Shown here: positions 24,677-37,170 of the stretch, piece by piece
Layout of the letters: every line of letters starts with the position of its first letter
How positions within the stretch are numbered: position 1 is the stretch's first letter
From: Azolla caroliniana
Lineage: Eukaryota > Plantae > Polypodiophyta
Assembly: GCA_043228905.1 (NCBI GenBank)
Contig: JBHGNT010000136.1
Span: 5,162-69,161 of the forward strand
Length of the DNA: 64,000 bases
Reading direction: 5' to 3'
Notes under the pieces: model-generated
Databases searched by the model: none
The model's input: only the letters and a program-made list of their open reading frames with translations
Told to the model about the DNA's origin: nothing
Made by a program: the position numbers and the translations under genes

Positions 24677-25739
24677 TTAGGGTGACTAGTTGAGGGGTGG
24701 ATACAACTTGTGGATGGTTTGGTAGAGGTGGTGTAGGGAGGATGTTGGGTATGGGTTGATTGGGTGTAGTGGTTAGGGATGTAGGGGTTAAGAGAGGTGT
24801 ATGAGGGGTTGGGGAAGGCTAAGGGTATTTGGGAAAATAGGGGAGGGTTTATGTTGTGATTGTGGGTAGTTTCTTTAAACCAAGGGGGGCTTAGTGTGTG
24901 TGAATAGTTGTGAGAGGGGGGGGTAGGAAAGGTATTTCTAGAATTTTTAGGAGGAGTATAAAAAGAAAACGAAAGAGAAGGAGAGTTAGGGGTAGGGTGA
25001 GCGTTAGGATTTACACAGTGGGTATGGGTAGGAGGGTAAGGATGAGTACTGTTTTGGGGTTGAAGGTCTTCGGGGGAGGGATACAAGGGGGGAGCGATGA
25101 AGCTGAATGGGGTGTGTTGGGGCTGGTGGTGAATCTGATGATAGGTATCTCGCGAATGGTGGAGTGGTGTGTCCTCCTCAAGTGGTGGCTGGAGCTGATA
25201 ATTGGTGGTGGTTATGTTATTAATTGCCGTCTCGTATGTTGTCCGAGAGGGAAGTTGATGTTGGAGACGGTGAGAAAACGGCGGGGGTCGAGGCGTCGGC
25301 AGAAGAGGCTGCTGTAATTTGCAAGGCTGGTCGCATGGTGGCGGCGGCGGCTGCGGCTGAAGATCATTGTTGGGTTGGCGTTGATTTATATGTTGATGTC
25401 GATGCTGATATGAGTGCATTTGGTGTTCTCTTTCCGTCATATATCTCCAGGGCTCGTGGTGTTGCGGTTGCGGAGGCGGCGGGTGAAAACCATTGTTAGG
25501 TTGGCCTCGGTTTTGATGCCGGTAAAGGTATACTTGTTGTTTGTTTTCAGGAGGAAATGGAGAGGAGAAGCTATGGATAGTGTTTGCTTTGGGCTGAAAT
25601 GGGGCGGAAGGTATATGGCGGAGTTGCATTCGTTGGAGAAGTTCGGGTTCGTTGAAACCAATAAATTTAACTATTGGTTCGTATTGATTGGAATCTAAAT
25701 TATGGCGCGGGGTAATTTCGTGTGTTGTTATGTTATAAG
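24607..25739 (-). CDS. ORF1 of the element: low-complexity Pro/His/Gln/Thr/Ser-rich protein, open to the 5' junction
   Basis: About 376 stop-free codons inside the element. It ends at TAG immediately after an in-phase slippery heptamer. The first internal ATG is at 25629; the annotated ATG at 25785 is satellite-derived. No recognisable domain. Confidence 0.65.
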
Positions 25740-28700
25740 TGTTTGAACACAAAAATCCGATATCACACGAGCCAGGTATGAACATTTTAATTTACCTACT
25801 AGCTCTTCTCAACTCCCTCCTCGAATTTGGTACTTTCGTCATGTCTCTCGACCTGAGTTTCAAAATCTTGATTTTTTAATTCCATATCATAACTAGCATT
25901 GTTAGCTTCGATTCGCATGTTTGAACACAAAAATCCGATATCACACGAGCCAAGTATGAGCATTTTAATTTACTCAAGGGCTCCTCTCAACTCCCTGGTC
26001 AAGGTTGCTAATTTCGTCATGTCTCTCGACCTGAGTTTCAAAATCTTGATTTTTTAATTCCATATCATAGCTAGCGTTGTTACCTTCGATTCGCATGTTT
26101 GAACACATAAATCCAATATGACACAAGCCAGGTATGAACATTTTAATTTACCTACTAGCTCTTCTCAACTCACTCCTCAAATTTGGTAATTTCGTCATGT
26201 CTCTCGACCTGAGTTTCAAAATCTTGACTTTTTAATTCTATATCATAGCTAGCGTTGTTAGATTCGATTCGCATGTTTGAACACAAAAATCCGATATCAC
26301 ACGAGCCATGTAGGAACATTTTAATTTACTCAACAGCTCCTCTCAACTCCCTCCTCAAGTTTGCTATTTTCGTCATGTTTCTCGACCTGAGTTTCAAAAT
26401 CTTGATTTTTTAATTCCATATCATAGGTAGCGTTGTTAGCTTCGATTCGCATGTTTGAACACAAAAATCCGATATCACACGAGCCAGGTAGGAACATTTT
26501 AATTTACTCAAGGGCTCCTCTCAACTCCCTCCTCAAGTTTGCTATTTTCGACATGTCTCTCGACCTGAGTTTCAAAATCTTGATTTTTTAATTCCATATC
26601 ATAGCTAGTGTTGTTAGCTTCGATTCGCATGTTTGAACACAAAAATCCGATATCACACGAGCCAGGTATGGACATTTTAATTTACTCAAGGGCTCCTCTC
26701 AACTCCCTCCTCAAGTTTGCTAATTTCTTCATATCTCTCGACCTGAGTTTCAAAATCTTGATTTTTCAATTCCATATCATAGCTAGCATTGTTAGCTTCG
26801 ATTCGCATGTTTGAACACATAAATCCGATATCATACGAGCCAGGTACGAACATTTTAATTTACTCAAGGGCTCCTCTCAACCCCCTCCTCAAGTTTGCTA
26901 ATTTCGTCATGCCTCTCGACCTGAGTTTCAAAATCTTGATTTTTTAATTCCATATCATAGCTTGCGTTGTTAGCTTCGATTCGCATGTCTGAACACAAAA
27001 ATTCGATATCACACGAGCCAGGTATGAACATTTTAATTTACCTACTAGCTCTTCTCAACTCCCTCCTCGAATTTGGTAATTTCGTCATATCTCTCGACCT
27101 GAGTTTCAAAATCTTGATTTTTTAATTCCATATCAAAACTAGCGTTGTTAGCTTCGATTCGCATGTTTGAACACAAAAATCCGATATCACACGAGCCAGG
27201 TATGAACATTTTAATTTACTCAAGGGCTCCTCTCAACTCCCTCCTCAAGTTTGCTAATTTCTTCATATCTCTCGACCTAAGTTTGAAAATCTTGAGTTTT
27301 TAAATCCACATCATAGCTAGCGTTGTTAGCTTTGATTCGCATATTTGAACACAAAAATCCGATATCACACTCGCCAGGTATGAACATTTTAATTTACCTA
27401 CTAGCTCTTCTCAACTCACTCCTCAATTTGGTAATTTCGTCATGTCTCTCGACCTGAGTTTCAAAATCTTGATTTTTTAATTCCATATCATAGCTAGCGT
27501 TGTTAGATTTGATTCGCATGTTTGAACACAAAAATCCGATATCACACGAGGCAGGTAGGAACATTTTAATTTACTCTAGGGGTCCTCACAACTCCCTCTT
27601 CAAGTTTGCTAATTTCGTCATGTCTCTCGATGTGAGTTTCAAAATCTTGATTTTTTAATTCCATATCATAGCTAGCGTTGTTAGATTCGATTCGCATGTT
27701 TGAACACAAAAATCCGATTTCACACGAGCCAGGTATGGACATTTTAGTTTACTCAAGGGCTCCTCTCAACTCCCTCCTCAAGTTTGTTAATTTCTTCATA
27801 TCTCTCGACCTGAGTTTCAAAATCTTGACTTTTTAAATCCACATCATAGCTAGCGTTCTTAGCTTCGATTCGCATGTTTGAATACAAAAATCCGATATCA
27901 CACTCGCCAGGTATGAACATTTAAATTTACCTACCTACTCTTCTCAACTCCCTCCTCAAATTTGCTAATTTCGTCATGTCTCTCGACCTGAGTTTGAAAA
28001 TCTTGATTTTTTAATTCCATATCATAGCTAGCGTTGTTAGCTTCGATTCGCATGATTGAACACATAAATCCGATATGACGCTCGCCAGGTATGAACATTT
28101 AAATTTACCTACTAGCTCTTCTCAACTCACTCCTCAAATTTGGTAATTTCGTCATGTCTGACGACCTGAGTTTCAAAATCTTGACTTTTTAATTCCATAT
28201 CATAGCTAGCGTTGTTAGATTCGATTGGCATATTTGAACACAAAAATCCGATATCACACGAGCCAGGTAGGAACATTTTAATTTACTCAAGGGCTCCTCT
28301 CAACTCCCTCCTCAAGTTTGCTATTTTCGTCATGTCTCTCGTCCTGAGTTTCAAAATCTTGATTTTTTAATTCCATATCATAGCTAGTGTTGTTAGCTTC
28401 GATTCGCATGTTTGAACACAAAAATCCGATATCACACGAGCCAGGTATGGACATTTTAATTTACTCAAGGGCTCCTCTCAACTCCCTCCTCAAGTTTGCT
28501 AATTTATTCATATCTCTCGAGCTAAGTTTGAAAATCTTGAGTTTTTAAATCCACATCATAGCTAGCGTTGTTAGCTTTGATTCGCATATTTGAACACAAA
28601 AATCCGATATCACACTCGCCAGGTATGAACATTTAAATTTACCTACTAGCTCTTCTCAACTCACTCCTCAATTTGGTAATTTCGTCATGTCTCTCGACCT

Positions 28701-31700
28701 GAGTTTCAAAATCTTGATTTTTTAATTCCATATCATAGCTAGCGTTGTTAGATTCGATTCGCATGTTTGAACACAAAAATCCGATATCACACGAGGCAGG
28801 TAGGAACATTTTAATTTACTCTAGGGGTCCTCACAACTCCCTCTTCAAGTTTGCTAATTTCGTCATGTCTCTCGATGTGAGTTTCAAAATCTTGATTTTT
28901 TAATTCCATATCATAGCTAGCGTTCTTAGATTCGATTCGCATGTTTGAACACAAAAATCCGATTTCACACGAGCCAGGTATGGACATTTTAGTTTACTCA
29001 AGGGCTCCTCTCAACTCCCTCCTCAAGTTTGTTAATTTCTTTATATCTCTCGACCTGAGTTTCAAAATCTTGAGTTTTTAAATCCACATCATAGCTAGCG
29101 TTCTTAGCTTCGATTCGCATGTTTGAATACAAAAATCCGATATCACACTCGCCAGGTATGAACATTTAAATTTACCTACCTACTCTTCTCAACTCCCTCC
29201 TCAAATTTGCTAATTTCGTCATGTCTCTCGACCTGAGTTTGAAAATCTTGATTTTTTAATTCCATATCATAGCTAGCGTTGTTAGCTTCGATTCGCATGT
29301 TTGAACACATAAATCCGATATGACACTCGCCAGGTATGAACATTTAAATTTACCTACTAGCTCTTCTCAACTCACTCCTCAAATTTGGTAATTTCCTCAT
29401 GTCTCTCGACCTGAGTTTCAAAATCTTGATTTTTTAATTCCATATCATAGCTTGCGTTGTTAGCTTCGATTCGCATGTTTGAACACATAAATCCGATATC
29501 ACACGAGCCAGGTATGAACATTTTAATTTACCTACTAGGTCTTCTCAACTCCCTCCTCGAATTTGGTAATTTCGTCATGTCTCTCGACCTGAGTTTCAAA
29601 ATCTTGATTTTTTAATTCCATATCAAAACTAGCGTTGTTAGCTTCGATTCGCATGTTTGAACACAAAAATCCGATATCACACGAGCCAGGTATGAACATT
29701 TTAATTTACTCAAGGGCTCCTCTCAACTCCCTCCTCAAGTTTGCTAATTTCTTCATATGCCTGGACCTAAGTTTCAAAATCTTGAGTTTTTAAATCCACA
29801 TCATAGCTAGCGTTGTTAGCTTTGATTCGCATATTTGAACACAAAAATCCGATATCACACTCGCCAGGTATGAACATTTTAATTTACCTACTAGCTCTTC
29901 TCAACTCACTCCTCAATTTGGTAATTTCGTCATGTCTCTCGACCTGAGTTTCAAAATCTTGATTTTTTAATTCCATATCATAGCTAGCGTTGTTAGATTC
30001 GATTCGCATGTTTGAACACAAAAATCCGATATCACACGAGGCAGGTAGGAACATTTTAATTTACTCTAGGGGTCCTCACAACTCCCTCTTCAAGTTTGCT
30101 AATTTCGTCATGTCTCTCGATGTGAGTTTCAAAATCTTGATTTTTTAATTCCATATCATAGCTAGCGTTGTTAGATTCGATTCGCATGTTTGAACACAAA
30201 AATCCGATTTCACACGAGCCAGGTATGGACATTTTAGTTTACTCAAGGGCTCCTCTCAACTCCCTCCTCAAGTTTGTTAATTTCTTCATATCTCTCGACC
30301 TGAGTTTCAAAATCTTGAGTTTTTAAATCCACATCATAGCTAGCGTTCTTAGCTTCGATTCGCATGTTTGAATACAAAAATCCGATATCACACTCGCCAA
30401 GTATGAACATTTAAATTTACCTACCTACTCTTCTCAACTCCCTCCTCAAATTTGCTAATTTCGTCATGTCTCTCGACCGGAGTTTGAAAATCTTGATTTT
30501 TTAATTCCATACCATAGCTAGCGTTGTTAGCTTCGATTCGCATGTTTGAACACATAAATCCGATATGACACTCGCCAGGTATGAACATTTAAATTTACCT
30601 ACTAGCTCTTCTCAACTCACTCCTCAAATTTGGTAATTTCCTCATGTCTCTCGACCTGAGTTTCAAAATCTTGACTTTTTAATTCCATATCATAGCTAGC
30701 GTTGTTAGATTCGATTCGCATATTTGAACACAAAAATCCGATATCACACGAGCCAGGTAGGAACATTTTAATTTACTCAAGGGCTCCTCTCAACTCCCTC
30801 CTCAAGTTTGCTATTTTCGTCATGTCTCTCGATCTGAGTTTCAAAATCTTGACTTTTTAATTCCATATCATAGCTAGTGTTGTTAGCTTCGATTCGCATG
30901 TTTGAACACAAAAATCCGATATCACACGAGCCAGGTATGGACATTTTAATTTACTCAAGGGCTCCTCTCAACTCCCTCCTCAAGTTTGCTAATTTATTCA
31001 TATCTCTCAACCTGAGTTTCAAAATCTTGATTTTTCAATTCCATATCATAGCTAGCGTTGTTAGCTTCGATTCGCATGTTTGAACACAAAAATCCGATAT
31101 CATACGAGCCAGGTACGAACATTTTAATTTACTCAAGGGCTCCTCTCAACTCCCTCCTCAAGTTTGCTAATTTCGTCATGCCTCTCGACCTGAGTTTCAA
31201 AATCTTGATTTTTTAATTCCATATCATAGCTTGCGTTGTTAGCTTCGATTCGAATGTCTGAACACAAAAATCCGATATCACACGAGCCAGGTATGAACAT
31301 TTTAATTTACCTACTAGCTCTTCTCAACTCCCTCCTCGAATTTGGTAATTTTGTCATGTCTCTCGACCTGAGTTTCAAAATCTTGATTTTTTAATTCCAT
31401 ATCAAAACTAGCGTTGTTAGCTTCGATTCGCATGTTTGAACACAAAAATCCGATATCACACGAGCCAGGTATGAACATTTTAATTTACTCAAGGGCTCCT
31501 CTCAACTCCCTCATCAAGTTTGCTAATTCCTTCATATCTCTGGACCTAAGTTTGAAAATCTTGAGTTTCTAAATCCACATCATAGCTAGCGTTGTTAGCT
31601 TTGATTCGCATATTTGAACACAAAAATCCGATATCACACTCGCCAGGTATGAACATTTTAATTTACCTACTAGCTCTTCTCAACTCACCCCTCAATTTGG

Positions 31701-32849
31701 TAATTTCGTCATGTCTCTCGACCTGAGTTTCAAAATCTTGATTTTTTAATTCCATATCATAGCTAGCGTTGTTAGATTCGATTCGCATGTTTGAACACAA
31801 AAATCCGATATCACACGAGGCAGGTAGGAACATTTTAATTTACTCTAGGGCTCCTCTCAACTCCCTCCTCAAGTTTGCTATTTTCGTCATGTCTCTCGAC
31901 CTGAGTTTCAAAATCTTGATTTTTTAATTCCATATCATAGCTAGCGTTGTTAGATTCGATTCGCATGTTTGAAAACAAAAATCCGATTTCACACGAGCCA
32001 GGTATGGACATTTTAGTTTACTCAAGGGCTCCTCTCAACTCCCTCCTCAAGTTTGTTAATTTCTTCATATCTCTCGACCTGAGTTTCAAAATCTTGAGTT
32101 TTTAAATCCACATCATAGCTAGCGTTCTTAGCTTCGATTCGCATGTTTGAATACAAAAATCCGATATCACACTCGCCAGGTATGAACATTTAAATTTACC
32201 TACCTACTCTTCTCAACTCCCTCCTCAAATTTGCTAATTTCGTCATGTCTCTCGACCGGAGTTTGAAAATCTTGATTTTTTAATTCCATACCATAGCTAG
32301 CGTTGTTAGATTCGATTCGCATGTTTGAACACAAAAATCCGATATCACACGAGGCAGGTAGGAACATTTTAATTTACTCTAGGGGTCCTCACAACTCCCT
32401 CTTCAAGTTTGCTAATTTCGTCATGTCTCTCGATGTGAGTTTCAAAATCTTGATTTTTTAATTCCATATCATAGCTAGCCTTGTTAGATTCAATTCGCAT
32501 GTTTGAACACAAAAATCCGATTACACACGAGCCAGGTATGGACATTTTAGTTTACTCAAGGGCTCCTCTCAACTCCCTCCTCAAGTTTGTTAATTTCTTC
32601 ATATCTTTCGACCTGAGTTTCAAAATCTTGAGTTTTTAAATCCACATCATAGCTACCGTTCTTAGCTTCGATTCGCATGTTTGAATACAAAAATCCGATA
32701 TCACACCCGCCAGGTATGAACATTTAAATTTACCTACCTACTCTTCTCAACTCCCTCCTCAAATTTCCTAATTTCGTCATGTCTCTCGACCTGAGTTTGA
32801 AAATCTTGATTTTTTAATTCCATATCATAGCTAGCGTTGTTAGCTTCGA

Positions 32850-35800
32850 TTCGCATGTTTGAACACATAAATCCGATCTGACACTCGCCAGGTATGAACA
32901 TTTAAATTTACCTACTAGCTCTTCTCAACTCACTCCTCAAATTTGGTAATTTCCTCATGTCTCTCGACCTGAGTTTCAAAATCTTGACTTTTTAATTCCA
33001 TATCATAGCTAGCGTTGTTAGATTCGATTCGCATGTTTGAACACAAAAATCCGATATCACACGAGCCAGGTAGGAACATTTTAATTTACTCAAGGGCTCC
33101 TCTCAACTCCCTCCTCAAGTTTGCTATTTTCGTCATGTCTCTCGACCTGAGTTTCAAAATCTTGAGTTTTTAAATCCACATCATAGCTATCGTTCTTAGC
33201 TTCGATTCGCATGTTTGAATACAAAAATCCGATATCACACTCGCCAGGTATGAATATTTAAATTTACCTACCTACTCTTCTCAACTCCCTCCTCAAATTT
33301 CCTAATTTCGTCATGTCTCTCGACCTGAGTTTGAAAATCTTGATTTTTTAATTCCATATCATAGCTAGCGTTGTTAGCTTCGATTCGCATGTTTGAACAC
33401 ATAAATCCGATCTGACACTCGCCAGGTATGAACATTTAAATTTACCTACTAGCTCTTCTCAACTCACTCCTCAAATTTGGTAATTTCCTCATGTCTCTCG
33501 ACCTGAGTTTCAAAATCTTGACTTTTTAATTCCATATCATAGCTAGCGTTGTTAGATTTGATTCGCATGTTTGAACACAAAAATCCGATATCACACGAGC
33601 CAGGTAGGAACATTTTAATTTACTCAAGGACTCCTCTCAACTCCCTCCTCAAGTTTGCTATTTTCGTCATGTCTCTCGACCTGAGTTTTAAAATCTTGAT
33701 TTTTTAATTCCATATCATAGCTAGCGCTGTTAGCTTCGATTCGCATGTTTGAACACATAAATCCAATATCACACGAGCCAGGTATGAACATGTTAATTTA
33801 CCTGCTAGCTCTTCTCAACTCACTCCCCAAATTTAGTAGTTTCGTCATGTCTCTCGACCTGAGTTTCAAAATCTTGATTTTTTAATTCCATATCATAGCT
33901 AGCATTGTTAGCTTCGATTCGCATGTTTGAACACAAAAACTCGATATCACACTCGCCAGGTATGAACATTTTAATTTACCTACTAGCTCTTCTCAACTCA
34001 CTCCTCAAATTTTGTAATTTCATCATGTCTCTCGACCTGAGTTTCAAAATCTTGATTTTTTAATTCCATATCATAGCTAGCGTTGTTAGCTTCGATTCGC
34101 ATGTTTGAACACATAAATCCGATATCACACGAGCCAGGTATGAACATTTTAATTTACCTACTAGCTCTTCTCAACTCACTCCTCAAATTTAGTAGTTTCG
34201 TCATGTCTCTCGACCTGAGTTTCAAAATCTTGATTTTTTAATTCCATATCAAAGCTAGCGTTGTTAGCTTGGATTCGCATGTTTGAACACATAAATCCAA
34301 TATCACACGAGCCAGGTATGAACATTTTAATTTACCCAAGGGCTCCTCTCAACTCCCTCCTCAAGTTTGCTAATTTCTTCATATCTCTCGACCTGAGTTT
34401 CAAAATCTTGATTTTTTAATTCCATATCATAGCTACCGTTGTTAGCTTCGATTCGCATGTTTGAACACATAAATTCGATATGACACGAGCCACGTATGAA
34501 CATTTTAATTTACCTACTACCTCTTCTCAACTCACTCCTCAAATTTGGTAATTTCGTCATGTCTCTCGACCTGAGTTTCAAAATCTTGATTTTTTAATTC
34601 CATATCATAGGTAGCGTTGTTAGCTTCGATTCACATGTTAACTCCCTCCTCAAGTTTGCTAATTTCTTCATATCTCTTGACCTGAGTGTCAAAATCTTGA
34701 GTTATTAAATCCACATCATAGCTAACGTTGTTAGCTTCGATTCGCATGTTTGAACACAAAAATCCGATATCACACTCGCCAGGTATGAACATTTAAATTT
34801 ACCTACTAGCTCTTCTCAACTCCCTCCTTAAATTTGCTAATTTCGTCATGTCTCTTGACCTGAGTTTCAAAATCTTAATTTTCTAATTCCATATCATAGC
34901 AAGCGTTGTTAGCTTCGATTCGCATGTTTGAACACAAAAATCCGATATCACACGAGCCAGGTATGAACATTTTAATTTACTCAAGGGCTCCTCTCAACTC
35001 CCTCCTCAAGTTTGCTAATTTCTTCATATCTCTGGACCTAAGTTTGAAAATCTTGAGTTTCTAAATCCACATCATAGCTAGCGTTGTTAGCTTTGATTCG
35101 CATATTTGAACACATAAATCCGATATGACACTCGCCAGGTATGAACATTTAAATTTACCTACTAGCTCTTCTCAACTCACTCCTCAAATTTGGTAATTTC
35201 CTCATGTCTCTCGACCTGAGTTTCAAAATCTTTACTTTTTAATTCCATATCATAGCTAGCGTTGTTAGATTCGATTCGCATGTTTGAACACAAAAATCCG
35301 ATATCACACGAGCCAGGTAGGAACATTTTAATTTACTCAAGGGCTCCTCTCAACTCCCTCCTCAAGTTTGCTATTTTCGTCATGTCTCTCGACCTGAGTT
35401 TCAAAATCTTGAGTTTTTAAATCCACATCATAGCTAGCGTTCTTAGCTTCGATTCGCATGTTTGAATACAAAAATCCGATATCACACTCGCCAGGTATGA
35501 ACATTTAAATTTACCTACCTACTCTTCTCAACTCCCTCCTCAAATTTCCTAATTTCGTCATGTCTCTCGACCTGAGTTTGAAAATCTTGATTTTTTAATT
35601 CCATATCATAGCTAGCGTTGTTAGCTTCGATTCGCATGTTTGAACACATAAATCCGATCTGACACTCGCCAGGTATGAACATTTAAATTTACCTACTAGC
35701 TCTTCTCAACTCACTCCTCAAATTTGGTAATTTCCTCATGTCTCTCGACCTGAGTTTCAAAATCTTGACTTTTTAATTCCATATCATAGCTAGCGTTGTT

Positions 35801-37170
35801 AGATTCGATTCGCATGTTTGAACACAAAAATCCGATATCACACGAGCCAGGTAGGAACATTTTAATTTACTCAAGGACTCCTCTCAACTCCCTCCTCAAG
35901 TTTGCTATTTTCGTCATGTCTCTCGACCTGAGTTTTAAAATCTTGATTTTTTAATTCCATATCATAGCTAGCGTTGTTAGCTTCGATTCGCATGTTTGAA
36001 CACATAAATCCAATATCACACGAGCCAGGTATGAACATGTTAATTTACCTGCTAGCTCTTCTCAACTCACTCCCCAAATTTAGTAGTTTCGTCATGTCTC
36101 TCGACCTGAGTTTCAAAATCTTGATTTTTTAATTCCATATCATAGCTAGCATTGTTAGCTTCGATTCGCATGTTTGAACACAAAAACTCGATATCACACT
36201 CGCCAGGTATGAACATTTTAATTTACCTACTAGCTCTTCTCAACTCACTCCTCAAATTTTGTAATTTCATCATGTCTCTCGACCTGAGTTTCAAAATCTT
36301 GATTTTTTAATTCCATATCATAGCTAGCGTTGTTAGCTTCGATTCGCATGTTTGAACACATAAATCCGATATCACACGAGCCAGGTATGAACATTTTAAT
36401 TTACCTACTAGCTCTTCTCAACTCACTCCTCAAATTTAGTAGTTTCGTCATGTCTCTCGACCTGAGTTTCAAAATCTTGATTTTTTAATTCCATATCAAA
36501 GCTAGCGTTGTTAGCTTGGATTCGCATGTTTGAACACATAAATCCAATATCACACGAGCCAGGTATGAACATTTTAATTTACCCAAGGGCTCCTCTCAAC
36601 TCCCTCCTCAAGTTTGCTAATTTCTTCATATCTCTCGACCTGAGTTTCAAAATCTTGATTTTTTAATTCCATATCATAGCTACCGTTGTTAGCTTCGATT
36701 CGCATGTTTGAACACATAAATTCGATATGACACGAGCCACGTATGAACATTTTAATTTACCTACTAGCTCTTCTCAACTCACTCCTCAAATTTGGTAATT
36801 TCGTCATGTCTCTCGACCTGAGTTTCAAAATCTTGATTTTTTAATTCCATATCATAGGTAGCGTTGTTAGCTTCGATTCACATGTTAACTCCCTCCTCAA
36901 GTTTGCTAATTTCTTCATATCTCTTGACCTGAGTGTCAAAATCTTGAGTTATTAAATCCACATCATAGCTAACGTTGTTAGCTTCGATTCGCATGTTTGA
37001 ACACAAAAATCCGATATCACACTCGCCAGGTATGAACATTTAAATTTACCTACTAGCTCTTCTCAACTCCCTCCTTAAATTTGCTAATTTCGTCATGTCT
37101 CTTGACCTGAGTTTCAAAATCTTAATTTTCTAATTCCATATCATAGCAAGCGTTGTTAGCTTCGATTCGC
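32850..37170 (+). repeat. Tandem duplication of a 13-monomer block (2247 bp)
   Basis: 67-bp-deletion marker catgtt|aactccc at 34634 and 36881; 13x178-67 = 2247. Ends are approximate. Confidence 0.8.

Larger units (their letters stand above)
21406..25739 (-). mobile_element. Endonuclease-deficient Penelope-like retroelement (Athena/Coprina-like architecture), probably 5'-truncated
   Basis: Unique sequence between satellite ...cttgatttttt (21405) and tgtttgaac (25740). It has PLE RT motifs, no GIY-YIG, a hammerhead ribozyme and telomere-complementary motifs in the 3' UTR. There are no LTRs and no target-site duplication; 40 bp of satellite are missing at the site. Confidence 0.9.

Noticed and set aside
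25135-25160. Second hammerhead candidate (CTGATGA on the + strand)
   Set aside because: Followed by GAAT rather than GAAA, with no convincing stems.
22655-25698. Plus-strand ORFs overlapping RT and ORF1, and minus ORF 25437-25661
   Set aside because: Antisense or alternate-frame shadows of biased sequence with no motifs.
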